Positions 10,375-20,692 are shown, counted from the stretch's first letter. The stretch: DNA of 64,000 bases from Candidatus Nanohaloarchaea archaeon (GCA_013343275.1 CP046106.1:96001-160000), one strand, 5' to 3'. Numbers and translations are program-made. The notes: generated by a model from the sequence alone, not told the origin.

Positions 10375-12048
10375 GTGAAATACTCAAAACTCGTGGAGAC
10401 ATACCAGCAGCTCGATCAGACACAGGCCACACTGGAGAAGACTGATATCCTGGCCGAGCTATTTGAGGAATCAAGAGACGATCTGGACTACGTCGTGCTC
10501 CTAGCGCTGGGCAGAATCTACCCGGAATGGATGGAACCGGAGATCGGCGTATCCAGCCAGACAATGGTCGACATAATACACCAGGCCACAGGCCGTGGAA
10601 AAGACGAGGTAGAAGAAGTCTGGAAAGAGAAGGGAGATCTCGGATTTGCAGCCGAAGAAATGGTCGAGAACAAGACACAGCAGAAACTGATGACCAAAAC
10701 TCTCACAGTAGAATCTGTTATCGAGAGACTCAGAAAAGTAGCAGAGATGGACAAAGAAGGCCTCAGCCAGTCGGTAAACATGGATAAAAAGAAGAAAGAA
10801 ATCGCCGACCTCATCTCTAACGCAGAACCAGTAGAGGCCTGCTACATTACAAGAACAGTACTCAACCATCTCAGACTTGGAATAGGAGAGGGAACAGTGA
10901 GGGATGCGCTCGATGAAGCCTTCTTCGATGGAGAATATTCGGAGGATATCCAGAGAGCCTACGACTTTACCAATGATTTTTCACGTGTAGCAGAGGCCTG
11001 TCAGAAAGGCCTGGAAGAGGTGAACTCCCTAGATATAGAGCTTTTCAGACCTATCAAATCTATGCTTGCGAAGAAAGTAGATACTATAGAGGAAGGTTTC
11101 GACACTGTTGGAAAACCTGCTGCTATCGACTACAAATATGATGGAATGAGAGCCCAGATACATGTTAAGGATGGAGAGGTCAAGGTCTTCACCCGTCGAC
11201 TGGAGGATGTCACCAAGCAGTTTCCCGACGTCGTCGAGGCCGTCGAAGAGAAAGTTGAATCAGATAACTGTATAATTGACTCCGAAATTGTTGGCTATGA
11301 TCCGGAAGACGGTGGAATGATTCCTTTCCAGAAGCTTTCGAAGAGGATCAAGAGGAAGTACGATATCCAGAAACTGAGAAAGGAGATACCTGTAGAGGTA
11401 AGGCCTTTCGACCTGATCTACGATGAAAAGTCGCTGCTGGAGAGGTCTTACAGCGAGAGATGGTCTCTGCTTCAGGAAGAAGTCGAAGAGGAGGAAAATA
11501 TTCTCAGACTGGTTGACCATGAGGAAACTTCTGAAGAGGAAACTGTGCAGGAGATGCAGCAGAGATCTCTCAGCGAAGGTCACGAAGGAATAATGATGAA
11601 ATCACTGGACGCGGAGTACAAGCCTGGCTCCCGTGTAGGATATATGGTTAAGCTGAAGCCAGTGATGGAAACCCTAGATCTGGCGATTATCGGCGCTAAA
11701 TGGAGTGAAGGCCGCAGAAGCGGGTGGCTTGGACGACTATATCTCGGATGCTACGACGAGGAGAACGACGAATATCTGGAGGTGGGCCGAATGGCGACAG
11801 GCCTTACAGATGAACAGTTCGAAGAGATCACTGAGAAGCTGAAGCCTTTGATCACGAAAGAGGAAGGCCGTAAGGTTGAGGTCAGGCCTGAGGTAATTGT
11901 AGAGGCAGAGTATGAGGAGATTCAGGAAAGCCCTGAGTATTCGTCAGGCTACGCTCTGCGTTTTCCACGCATGAAACAGTTTCGTGAGGATAAGGAAGAG
12001 GCCGACTCACTGGAGAAGGTAAAGAATCTATACAAAGATCAGAAATAG
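10375..12048 (+). CDS. lig: ATP-dependent DNA ligase
   Basis: KYDGMRAQIH, EGIMMK, ALRFPR motifs. Confidence 0.97.
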   Translation: MKYSKLVETYQQLDQTQATLEKTDILAELFEESRDDLDYVVLLALGRIYPEWMEPEIGVSSQTMVDIIHQATGRGKDEVEEVWKEKGDLGFAAEEMVENKTQQKLMTKTLTVESVIERLRKVAEMDKEGLSQSVNMDKKKKEIADLISNAEPVEACYITRTVLNHLRLGIGEGTVRDALDEAFFDGEYSEDIQRAYDFTNDFSRVAEACQKGLEEVNSLDIELFRPIKSMLAKKVDTIEEGFDTVGKPAAIDYKYDGMRAQIHVKDGEVKVFTRRLEDVTKQFPDVVEAVEEKVESDNCIIDSEIVGYDPEDGGMIPFQKLSKRIKRKYDIQKLRKEIPVEVRPFDLIYDEKSLLERSYSERWSLLQEEVEEEENILRLVDHEETSEEETVQEMQQRSLSEGHEGIMMKSLDAEYKPGSRVGYMVKLKPVMETLDLAIIGAKWSEGRRSGWLGRLYLGCYDEENDEYLEVGRMATGLTDEQFEEITEKLKPLITKEEGRKVEVRPEVIVEAEYEEIQESPEYSSGYALRFPRMKQFREDKEEADSLEKVKNLYKDQK

Positions 12049-12125
12049 AAAAAGAAGAACTGAAAAGAAATTGGAAGCCATTTCTTGAATGGCTTAACGC
12101 GTGTTGAGCTCCGCGTCAGGAGTCA

Positions 12126-12494
12126 CTATTCGTGTTTCTGGGAGCGGTGGATCTTCATTCCTCTTTCTGTGTCGAATTCTTTGCCGCAGTCAGGGCAGGC
12201 GTGTTTCTCTTCTTCTTCTGTTTCCTGGGTTACCTGTTCCTTGACTTCTTCCTGGACTTCTTCGTTGTTCGCTGGCTGGAACTGTTGCTGAACGCTTCTC
12301 TCGCTTTCGCTTTCCTCTCTTATCATCTTCCATTCGTCGCTCTCTAGCCAGATGATGAAGGCGCCTATAAGTACTAGTAGAGGCCCTATTGCTCCTTTAG
12401 CAAGGTATAGAAGTTTGTCAAGCTGCGTGGCTGTGGAGTATACTCCGACTACCACCATCAATGCTCCGATTAGTATCTTAACAACTGGGTGCAT
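12126..12494 (-). CDS. Two-TM protein with C-terminal C2H2-type Zn finger
   Basis: CPDCGKEFDTERGMKIHRSQKH. Confidence 0.8.
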   Translation of the reverse strand: MHPVVKILIGALMVVVGVYSTATQLDKLLYLAKGAIGPLLVLIGAFIIWLESDEWKMIREESESERSVQQQFQPANNEEVQEEVKEQVTQETEEEEKHACPDCGKEFDTERGMKIHRSQKHE

Positions 12495-12613
12495 GGTATC
12501 ACACCTGAATGATAACAAGTTGATCTTTTATTTGTTATCTTCCGGGAAACAATGCAGACCCGACAGGGTTTATAATATTTTCCGGCTAAAAATTCGTGTA
12601 CGAGGCACCAAAA

Positions 12614-13189
12614 ATGAGTTACTACAAATACGCCCAGGAGCAGTACGAACAGCCTAAAGAGAACCTGGACGAACTCTGGCAACAGAGACTTGTCGAATGG
12701 AGACAGCAGGATGCAATTGTAAAACTTGACAACCCAACACGAATTCCAAAAGCCCGACAGCTAGGATACAAGGCAAAGAACGGGTTTACACCTGTAAGAG
12801 TCAGAGTCGATAAAGGAGGAAGCAAGAGAGAAAGACCAAGCGGAGGCCGCAAGCCTAAGAACGCTGGTCAGAGCCGATACTCTTCCAAGAAATCCAAGAG
12901 AGTAATCGCAGAGCAGAGGGCCTCGGATCAGTATCCGAACCTTGAAGTTCTGAACAGTTACTGGGTAGCAGAAGACGGAAACCGCAAATGGTACGAGATC
13001 ATCATGGTTGACCCAGAGCATCCAGAGATTGAATCCGATGATGATATCAACTGGATCTGCGACAAGAGAAACAGAGCAGAGAGAGGACTTACACCTGCAG
13101 CCAAGGAAAGCCGAGGACTCAAGAACAAAGGCAAAGGCGCAGAGAAAGTAAGGCCTTCGCAGTCAGCTAACGACAACAAAGGAAAGTAA
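12614..13189 (+). CDS. rpl15e: 50S ribosomal protein L15e
   Basis: PTRIPKARQLGYKAK, NLEVLNSYWVAEDG, RGLT, KVRPS. Confidence 0.97.
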   Translation: MSYYKYAQEQYEQPKENLDELWQQRLVEWRQQDAIVKLDNPTRIPKARQLGYKAKNGFTPVRVRVDKGGSKRERPSGGRKPKNAGQSRYSSKKSKRVIAEQRASDQYPNLEVLNSYWVAEDGNRKWYEIIMVDPEHPEIESDDDINWICDKRNRAERGLTPAAKESRGLKNKGKGAEKVRPSQSANDNKGK

Positions 13190-13239
13190 AAACGCACATA
13201 TTCTTTTCACATTTCCCTTCCATCTATATTTCTACACCG

Positions 13240-13851
13240 ATGTCACAGTTCCACGAACTCTGCCTGAAAAACAGTTCAGAGAAACTTTGCAGTAAGGCCG
13301 AAGAAATAGGCTGGAACACCACTAACTGCCGTGTAAACACAGTATTCATTCAGGCAGATGGCTGGGGCGAGCTGAAGAGAAAGATCCGAGAGAAAAGAGA
13401 AAACGCTGATATACTTGTATTTGAGGGCGGAGACGAGGAGCTTAACAGGAAGGCCTGTGAAAGCTCCCGGATTGATGTACTTCTGCATCCGGAAAAAGGC
13501 CGGAAAGATTCCGGACTCAATCATATCATGGCTGAGGAAGCAGCAGAGAATAATGTCGCAATCGGGCTTGATTTCGCCCAGCTGGATGACTCGGGAAAGA
13601 AAAGAGTACACGTTCTTTCTCACTGGAGGAGAAACCTCAAACTGTGCGAAAAATACGGTGCACAGTATCTTATTACCACAGGAGCTGAACAGGTACACCA
13701 GTTAAGAGCTCCAAGAGAGCTGAGGGCCTTGATTGATTCTATAGGTTATTCCGGTCAAGAAGCTGTATCTGGTACTCCGGAAAAGATTCTCAGAGAGGTA
13801 GAAAAAGCTAGTTCCGATAAAAATATACGGCCGGGAGTTGAAGAGAAATGA
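13240..13851 (+). CDS. rnp3: RNase P protein Rpp30
   Basis: NRKACE..IDVL, HIMAEEAAENNV, LRAPREL; conserved L15e-Rpp30-Pop5 order. Confidence 0.9.
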   Translation: MSQFHELCLKNSSEKLCSKAEEIGWNTTNCRVNTVFIQADGWGELKRKIREKRENADILVFEGGDEELNRKACESSRIDVLLHPEKGRKDSGLNHIMAEEAAENNVAIGLDFAQLDDSGKKRVHVLSHWRRNLKLCEKYGAQYLITTGAEQVHQLRAPRELRALIDSIGYSGQEAVSGTPEKILREVEKASSDKNIRPGVEEK

Positions 13852-14186
13852 AGCATCTGCCGCCAACACTTAGAGAGGATCAGAGGTATCTGAAGTACAG
13901 AGTTCACTCTGAGAAGGATATAGAGTTTTCGGAAGTTGTAGAGGCTATATGGGAGGCTTGCCTCAACTTTATGGGGGAGAAAGGAGCAAGCAACGCTGAT
14001 CCATGGATTATGAAAAATCTCTACAGCTACAGCGATCAGGTAGGTGTGGTAAAAGTTAATTCTCAGTCAGTTACGGATTTCAGAGCAGCTCTTGCTTTTG
14101 TAGATAGTTTTGGCTCTGAGAAAGGCTTTCTGACTGTTGAACAGGTCAGCGGAACCGTTAAATCTCTTGAGGGCGTAGAAAACTAG
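13848..14186 (+). CDS. rnp2: RNase P protein Pop5/Rpp14
   Basis: MKHLPPTLREDQRYL ... VSGTVK. Confidence 0.9.
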   Translation: MKHLPPTLREDQRYLKYRVHSEKDIEFSEVVEAIWEACLNFMGEKGASNADPWIMKNLYSYSDQVGVVKVNSQSVTDFRAALAFVDSFGSEKGFLTVEQVSGTVKSLEGVEN

Positions 14187-14333
14187 CTCTGGTTTGAAGT
14201 TTTTATGATTTCAGAAAGTCTTTTAAGCGGACTATTTAAAAGGTTTCACTTATAAACGGTATATAAAGTATATAAACTGGTCTTAAGTTTCCAAATGAGG
14301 CCAGATTTTCCCAATTCCAGGTGAAATCCAAAA

Positions 14334-14882
14334 ATGGTAGAAGACGAAGACATTGAGATTCAAAACGTTGTTGCTTCCGCAACATTCGACCAACGACTGC
14401 CTCTAGACAGAATTGCAATTTATCTAGAAAACACAGAGTACGAGCCAGAGCAGTTCCCAGGCCTAGTATACAGACTTGAAGAGCCTAAGGCCGCAGCACT
14501 GCTTTTCGGTTCAGGAAAGATCGTCTGTACAGGAACTCAGAGTCCAGAACAGGCGAAAGAAGCGACCCACAAGATCATCGACGAACTGCGTGAAGCAGAC
14601 GTCGAGATCGGAAACAAACCAGAGATAACAGTACAGAACATCGTAGCATCCTCAGAGCTAGGAGCTACACTCAACCTCAACAGAATCGCATTCGAACTCG
14701 TAGGAACAGAGTACGAGCCAGAGCAGTTCCCAGGCCTAGTATACAGACTTGAAGAACCACAGGTAGTATTCCTGCTGTTCAGCTCAGGTAACCTGGTATG
14801 CACAGGTGGCCGAACCTACGAAGACGTCAAAGAAGGAATCGCAACACTGGAAGAGAACCTGAAAGAAATTGGAGCACTTTAA
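14334..14882 (+). CDS. tbp: TATA-box binding protein
   Basis: Two IQNVVAS/VQNIVAS...YEPEQFPGLVYR...SG.VCTG repeats. Confidence 0.97.
   Translation: MVEDEDIEIQNVVASATFDQRLPLDRIAIYLENTEYEPEQFPGLVYRLEEPKAAALLFGSGKIVCTGTQSPEQAKEATHKIIDELREADVEIGNKPEITVQNIVASSELGATLNLNRIAFELVGTEYEPEQFPGLVYRLEEPQVVFLLFSSGNLVCTGGRTYEDVKEGIATLEENLKEIGAL
14433..14755 (+). repeat. 50-bp perfect direct repeat within tbp (14433-14482 and 14706-14755)
   Basis: ACAGAGTACGAGCCAGAGCAGTTCCCAGGCCTAGTATACAGACTTGAAGA twice, 273 bp apart. Confidence 0.95.
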
Positions 14883-14927
14883 AGCTCCACCACATATTTT
14901 CTCTTCCAAATTTCTACACGCATAACC

Positions 14928-15371
14928 ATGATAAGCTCTCACCTTGCCGCCGCAGCGATCGCAACCAACGAAGACGGAGAAATCCTGATGGTGCAGGAAG
15001 GAAAAGGCCATGTAGAGGGTACCTGGAACTTCCCTGGCGGAAGCTTTGAACAGGAAGAAGGCCTGAAAGAGACAGCAGCCAGAGAATTCCTTGAGGAAAC
15101 AGGCTACAGGATCAAACCGCAGGAAGTAATAGGAGTATACCTGGAAGAAAGCGTAAGAACAGGCAACACTGTAGCAGTATTCCTGTATGAAGCACAGATA
15201 ATAGAAAGAGAACACAACGGCCTCGACGATGGAGAAATACTTGATACACAGTTCTTCTCACCTCACCAGATCCAGGGCCTCAATCTCAGAAAAGAAAACA
15301 GGTTGAAGATGCTGGAAGACTACCTTGAAGGCCGGAGATTCTCTGATTCAAGAGTAGTAGATACTCGCTAA
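14928..15371 (+). CDS. Nudix hydrolase
   Basis: PGGSFEQEEGLKETAAREFLEETG Nudix box. Confidence 0.9.
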   Translation: MISSHLAAAAIATNEDGEILMVQEGKGHVEGTWNFPGGSFEQEEGLKETAAREFLEETGYRIKPQEVIGVYLEESVRTGNTVAVFLYEAQIIEREHNGLDDGEILDTQFFSPHQIQGLNLRKENRLKMLEDYLEGRRFSDSRVVDTR

Positions 15372-15667
15372 TCCCAGTCAATATTCCTGACCTTATCCTC
15401 AATTCTCTCAGCGAGATCGAAATCTCTCTCGGTAAGGCCTTCCACATCGTGACTCCATAGATCGATCTCTACAGCGCCGTACTCCACAGTCACTGAAGGA
15501 TGGTGGAACTCCTCTTCTGCCAGCGAAAAGACCGAGTTAGCGAAGAAAACAGACTTCTTGTAATCATCAAACTCCACACGACAGACCAGCTTCTCAGCCT
15601 CTATACCCCAGATTTCCAGCTCTTCAAGCCTCTCATTAATTTCAGAATCATCAAGTTTATCTGACAT
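15368..15667 (-). CDS. Pterin-4a-carbinolamine dehydratase
   Basis: AEEEFHHP...LWSHDVEGLTERDFDLA. Confidence 0.9.
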   Translation of the reverse strand: MSDKLDDSEINERLEELEIWGIEAEKLVCRVEFDDYKKSVFFANSVFSLAEEEFHHPSVTVEYGAVEIDLWSHDVEGLTERDFDLAERIEDKVRNIDWD

Positions 15668-15727
15668 GAAAGAGTTTTACTGCCTGACTGCTTTTCACTT
15701 TTATCACTTATCACACAATAACTAACC

Positions 15728-17719
15728 ATGGAGTACGGGGAGGCAGTCAACGAGTTCGAAGAATTCTTCTCGGAGAAATACTACAAAAAAGTTGCTACTG
15801 CCGTACAGGATGGCCAGGACTCCATAGTAGTCGACTTCCAGGACATGGACATCTTCAATTTTGAATTAAGTGACTACCTGCGTGAAAACCCGACTTCAGC
15901 TATAGATGCGGCAGAGGAAGGCCTCGAAGGCCACGACCAGGTAACAGATGAAGGCCTCCACGTCAGATTCGTCAACATGCCGGAAGAAGACTTCGTATTT
16001 CTACGCAACCTTAGATCAGAGCATATCGGCAAGTTCATACCGGTAGAAGGTATGATAAAACGGGCCTCACAGGTAAAGCCTGAAGTAGTATCCGCAATAT
16101 TCGAATGTACTCAGTGTGGGGACCGATACGAAAAAGAACAGGACTCCTCACAGCTGAAATCACCTTACAAATGCGACTGCGGCTCGAGAAAGTTCGAAGT
16201 CGAAGAAAAAGTCATGACAGACACCCAGATAATAACCGTAGAGGAGAATCCTGAGTCCAGGGAAGGTTCGGAACAGCCATCCTCGCTGAAAGTCCGGCTG
16301 GAAGGAGACCTCGTAGACCCTGACTTCCAGAAAAGAGTTGTACCAGGTAATGTAGTAGAGATCACTGGTGTTATGAGAGAGAGGCCTATGAAGAAGAACT
16401 CGAAGAAGTTCGATATCTATATGGAGGCCAACTACCTTGATCCTACAGAACAGGAGTTCGAGGAACTCGAGCTGACAGATGAGGAGATAGAGGAGATTGA
16501 GGCCCTCTCAAATGAAGATGAAATATTCGAGAAGATCGCAAGATCCATCGCGCCATCGATATTCGGCCACCACCAGATCAAGAAGGCCATCGCGCTCCAG
16601 CTGTTCGGAGGAGTGAAGAAAACCCGTGATGACGGTGTGAAATCAAGAGGAGATATCCACGTACTGCTTATCGGAGAACCAGGAACAGGAAAATCCCAGC
16701 TACTGAAGTTCACGGGAGAACTATCGCCAAAAGGCCGATACGTAGTAGGTAAGTCATCTACAGGTGCAGGCCTGACAGCTTCCGTAGTAAAAGAGGAATC
16801 CACAGGAGAGTTCAGCCTTGAGGCCGGTGCAGTCGTCCTTGCAAACAAAGGAATGGCAGCTATCGATGAGATCGACAAGATGGCTGCAGAAGACCGGTCC
16901 AGCTTGCACGAGGCTATGGAGCAACAGCAGATCTCTGTATCCAAGGCCAATATTCAGGCAACACTTAACGCTGAGACATCGATCCTAGCAGCAGGTAACC
17001 CGAAGATGGGACGTTTCGATCCATACGAACCGATACCACAGCAGATTGACATCGGCGATACACTACTCTCGCGTTTCGACTTTATCTTCCCTGTAAAAGA
17101 CCAACCAGATGAGGAGAAGGATACCAAACTATCCCGACAAGTGCTACAGAATCACCTGGACCCAGAGGAGACGGATGCTGAAATACCGCAGGACCTGCTG
17201 ATGAAATATGTGGCTCATGCCAAACAGCTCCGGCCACAGCTCACACAAGAAGCTGCAGATGAGATACAGGATTTCTATGTCAGCATGCGTGCAACCGGAA
17301 GCGGTGAGGAAAACAGCAGCGTACCAATTACTGCAAGGCAGCTGGAGGCGCTTGTAAGAGTAGCGGAGGCCTCTGCAAGAGCAGAACTTAAGGATAAAGT
17401 AGAAGTCAGTGATGCTCAGAGAGCGATCGATATATTGAAGTACTCGCTGGAGCAGATCGGTGTCGACCCGGAGACAGGAGAGTTTGATATCGACAGGATT
17501 GAGTCAGGAGTCTCCAGCAGCCAGAGAAACAGGGTTCAGACTATTAAACACATAATTGATCAGGTTTCAGGTTCCAGCGATTCGGCGCCGATCGAAGACG
17601 TACTTGATGAGGCCGAGGAGGAAGGAATAGGCCGTGACAAAGCGGAAGAAGTTATTGAAAATCTGAAGCGTGACGGCGAGCTTTTCGAGCCGAAACAGGG
17701 CCAGGTCCAGAAGATTTAA
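15728..17719 (+). CDS. mcm: Chromosomal MCM helicase (no intein)
   Basis: GEPGTGKS, IDEIDKM, SRFD, ITARQLE, Zn finger, C-terminal wHTH. Confidence 0.97.
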   Translation: MEYGEAVNEFEEFFSEKYYKKVATAVQDGQDSIVVDFQDMDIFNFELSDYLRENPTSAIDAAEEGLEGHDQVTDEGLHVRFVNMPEEDFVFLRNLRSEHIGKFIPVEGMIKRASQVKPEVVSAIFECTQCGDRYEKEQDSSQLKSPYKCDCGSRKFEVEEKVMTDTQIITVEENPESREGSEQPSSLKVRLEGDLVDPDFQKRVVPGNVVEITGVMRERPMKKNSKKFDIYMEANYLDPTEQEFEELELTDEEIEEIEALSNEDEIFEKIARSIAPSIFGHHQIKKAIALQLFGGVKKTRDDGVKSRGDIHVLLIGEPGTGKSQLLKFTGELSPKGRYVVGKSSTGAGLTASVVKEESTGEFSLEAGAVVLANKGMAAIDEIDKMAAEDRSSLHEAMEQQQISVSKANIQATLNAETSILAAGNPKMGRFDPYEPIPQQIDIGDTLLSRFDFIFPVKDQPDEEKDTKLSRQVLQNHLDPEETDAEIPQDLLMKYVAHAKQLRPQLTQEAADEIQDFYVSMRATGSGEENSSVPITARQLEALVRVAEASARAELKDKVEVSDAQRAIDILKYSLEQIGVDPETGEFDIDRIESGVSSSQRNRVQTIKHIIDQVSGSSDSAPIEDVLDEAEEEGIGRDKAEEVIENLKRDGELFEPKQGQVQKI

Positions 17720-17762
17720 GGCCTGTGAAACATTCAAAAGATTGAGTTAAAACTGTGATACT

Positions 17763-18509
17763 ATGCCTCAACAGAAAAGACAGACAGCAAAACTAACGAA
17801 CACGGACGAACTGAATTCAGGTAAATACTTTCAGAAAGAGGGATTCACTCCTAACTACCTTCTAACGCCTGAAGGAAGAAGACTTTCACGTGCACGGCTC
17901 GTGGCTACCGTAGTCGACACTTTCACGAATGAAGACGAAACATACGGATCGATAACACTGGACGACGGCCGAGATACGACCCAGGTCAAGTTCTTCAACG
18001 ACATAGACGATGTCCAGGAGTATGATGAAGGCGATATTGTTGAGGCTATCGGCAAGGTTAGAGAGTACCAGGGCCAGATCTACATGGATGCAGAAGTCCT
18101 AAAACAGGTTTCTGTCGAGAAAGAGCTCCTTCACCAGCTCAAGTACCGGAAGACCATGGAGGAATGGAGCCAGATAAGAGATACTGTCAAACAGCTTAAG
18201 GAATCCGGTAAAGATCAGGAAGATATCGAGAAAGAAATGGCCGGTAAACTTGATGAGGAAGAGGTCGACTCCCTGCTTCAGAGCTTTGGCGAGAGCTTCT
18301 CAGTATCTGAAACACAGGAAGATATCGAGAACCTGGAGAAAGACGTACTTGACGCAGTAGAGAACCTGGACGAAGGAGAAGGAGCAGACTACGCTGACAT
18401 CGTCGACGAACTCGACGAACCAGAGGACAAACTCGAAGACACAATCAACGGCCTACTCAGCGATGGAACCTGCTACGAACCAAAGCCGGGGAAGATCAAG
18501 AAGCTTTAA
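17763..18509 (+). CDS. RPA32-like OB-fold protein with C-terminal wHTH
   Basis: RARLVATVVD, LDDG, IGKVREYQG, C-terminal CYEPKPGKIK. Confidence 0.8.
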   Translation: MPQQKRQTAKLTNTDELNSGKYFQKEGFTPNYLLTPEGRRLSRARLVATVVDTFTNEDETYGSITLDDGRDTTQVKFFNDIDDVQEYDEGDIVEAIGKVREYQGQIYMDAEVLKQVSVEKELLHQLKYRKTMEEWSQIRDTVKQLKESGKDQEDIEKEMAGKLDEEEVDSLLQSFGESFSVSETQEDIENLEKDVLDAVENLDEGEGADYADIVDELDEPEDKLEDTINGLLSDGTCYEPKPGKIKKL

Positions 18510-18512
18510 CTT

Positions 18513-19091
18513 ATGACTTCTGAGTCTCACGAACGTCTGTTTGAAGAAGTAAAGGCTATTAATGAGACGCAGGTTTCTTGGCTAGAGACCATCTATCAAA
18601 ATATTCACAAGAATCTTCGATTTAATCTACTCTTTCTCTCTATTCTGATTGGAGCAGGTACAGTGGCTGCAGAGGCAGGCTATTTTAATTTTTCAGAAAG
18701 TCTAAATCCGATGTTGAAGTGGGGTATTGTCTCCATGACTTCTGGTATTGCATTATCTGCTATCCCCTACTTCCAGGCCGAAAGGAGATTCATGGTTAAC
18801 GGTGATGAAATAATTGAGATATTGGAAGCAGATGTTGGTCAGCAAGGCTGGGTTGAAAGTCAATTAGAGGATTATGCGGAATCCATAGATAGGAATGAGA
18901 AGTTCTTGAGATTCAAGAGCGGTGTCTTGCTAGTATCACAACTCCTTTTCATCGGTTCGGTAATTTTGATACTTTCCGGCATACTGCATCTTTATAATAC
19001 GCATCTAGCAGGGTTGATGTTAGGAATACCAACGATTATAGCTGTTATAGCTCTAATTTTAGAATTACTTTACACTGATCCGCTTTGGTAG
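18513..19091 (+). CDS. Membrane protein (about 4 TM), AT-rich, probably acquired
   Basis: Hydrophobic segments; T-ending codons unlike neighbours. Confidence 0.65.
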   Translation: MTSESHERLFEEVKAINETQVSWLETIYQNIHKNLRFNLLFLSILIGAGTVAAEAGYFNFSESLNPMLKWGIVSMTSGIALSAIPYFQAERRFMVNGDEIIEILEADVGQQGWVESQLEDYAESIDRNEKFLRFKSGVLLVSQLLFIGSVILILSGILHLYNTHLAGLMLGIPTIIAVIALILELLYTDPLW

Positions 19092-19145
19092 GCCTGATAA
19101 ATTAAGAAACTTCCCTTCTATTCTTTGGTATAAGAGGCGATAAAA

Positions 19146-19544
19146 ATGGATTATGATGATTTACTGGAGAAGGGCCGTGAAGAGGTCTCTGAGGAGGAAG
19201 GTTCTGCTGAGAGGTTTGAGATGCCTGAGGTCAAGAGCCGTAAGAAAGGTTCAAACACTGCTATAGAGAATTTCTCGGAGATTGCTGATAAGCTGGGTCG
19301 TGATGAGAAGCATCTTTCAAAGCATATTCAGAGCGATCTAGGTACTTCGGGCCAGATTGAAGGCAGTGAACTGGTTCTGAACGGCGAGTTCCGTAGAGGC
19401 CATGTTCAGTCCAAGGTAGAGGATTACGCCGAGGATTATGTGATCTGTCCGGAGTGTAACAGGCCGGATACGAAGCTTACGAAGGAGAAAGGCGTTGAGA
19501 TCTTGAAGTGCCAGGCCTGTGGCGCTCGAACAGTTGTAGAATAG
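19146..19544 (+). CDS. eif2b: Translation initiation factor aIF2 beta
   Basis: ERFEMP, YVICPECNRPDTKL, CQACGA. Confidence 0.95.
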   Translation: MDYDDLLEKGREEVSEEEGSAERFEMPEVKSRKKGSNTAIENFSEIADKLGRDEKHLSKHIQSDLGTSGQIEGSELVLNGEFRRGHVQSKVEDYAEDYVICPECNRPDTKLTKEKGVEILKCQACGARTVVE

Positions 19545-19628
19545 GTTTTTCTCCCTTCTTTTTCTCCACTCTTTTATTCCACTTCTTTAAAGCTTGGGTT
19601 GTAACCGGTTGTTATAGGTGTAAAAATT

Positions 19629-19841
19629 ATGGACGGACAAGAAGCATCACCGGAACAGGCAATGCAGATGATCCAGCAGCGACTAAACGATCTTCAGCTA
19701 ACACTTCACGCCCTTATGAGCGTACTAGATGAAGATGACATGATCGACCAGGAGAGGATCAACGAGAAGGCACAAGAGATCGTTGAGAACCTGGAAGAAC
19801 AGCAGGAAGCTGGTGGACCACAGCCAGAAGACCTAGAATAA
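19629..19841 (+). CDS. Small hypothetical protein
   Basis: Host-like acidic ORF with upstream AGGTG SD-like motif and U-rich downstream region. Confidence 0.65.
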   Translation: MDGQEASPEQAMQMIQQRLNDLQLTLHALMSVLDEDDMIDQERINEKAQEIVENLEEQQEAGGPQPEDLE

Positions 19842-19907
19842 CAGTTTTCTAGGCCTCTTCACTGAATTTTTCTCTACATATTTCTCTTAATTTTCTTCCA
19901 ACTGACT

Positions 19908-20660
19908 CTAGAAATCTTCAGGATCAAGATCTCCCTTGTAAACTTCCTGATAGTAGTCGCATTCTTCAGGCCAGATACAGTTCTCGCAGTCAGGATTCTG
20001 AGCCTTTGCGGTATCACGGCCGTACTCGATCATCAAACGATGCAGCTCGTACTTGATATCATCAGGAACTTTCTCCTCAAGTATATCGTGGGCCTTCTCT
20101 CTGCCTGCGTTACGTGGAATAAGGCCTAGTCTCTTTGAAACTCGGTGGACGTGCGTATCCACGGGGAAAACAGGTTTCTTGAAGTAGAAGCACAGAATTA
20201 TTGCTGCCGTCTTCGGCCCGACACCTGGGATCTTTGTCAGCCAGTCCTTGGCCTCGTCAACACTCATATCCTCAAGGAACTCAAGAGAATACCTGTCTTC
20301 GTCCGGAAATCCTGTCCCCGAGTTTTCTTCTGAACCAGGAACACTCCCAGAGTTTCGCTCATCCTCTCTGACAATCTTCAAGGCTTCCTGAATTCTCTCA
20401 GCCTTAGTTGGTCCAAGCCCTGCAATTCTGATAGTATCGACAAGTTCCTCGTAGTCAGCGTTCTCAACTTCCTCCCACGAATCGTATTCTTCTTTCAGCT
20501 GCTTGAAGGCCTTGTCGCGGTTAATGTCGTTGGTGTTCTGCGATAGAATGGTTTCGACAAGGTAGTCAACGCTGCTCTTCTCCTCTGAAGGCTCTGGTGG
20601 TTCGCCGTATCTCACCTTCAGTCTGCGGTTAAGCTCCCGGATTTTCTCTTCTTCGTTCAT
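19908..20660 (-). CDS. nth: Endonuclease III (HhH-GPD glycosylase)
   Basis: ILSQNT, IPGVGPKTA, PVDTHVHRV. Confidence 0.9.
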   Translation of the reverse strand: MNEEEKIRELNRRLKVRYGEPPEPSEEKSSVDYLVETILSQNTNDINRDKAFKQLKEEYDSWEEVENADYEELVDTIRIAGLGPTKAERIQEALKIVREDERNSGSVPGSEENSGTGFPDEDRYSLEFLEDMSVDEAKDWLTKIPGVGPKTAAIILCFYFKKPVFPVDTHVHRVSKRLGLIPRNAGREKAHDILEEKVPDDIKYELHRLMIEYGRDTAKAQNPDCENCIWPEECDYYQEVYKGDLDPEDF

Positions 20661-20692
20661 AAAGATGTGTCGGTTAGACAGATTTTTATGGT

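Noticed and set aside
12075-12120. Two small hairpins between lig and the C2H2 gene
   Set aside because: Adequately explained as terminator or 3' UTR structure of convergent genes
15728-17719. Inteins in MCM, or introns in the tRNAs
   Set aside because: Both MCMs are of normal length with contiguous motifs, and all four tRNAs fold without inserts
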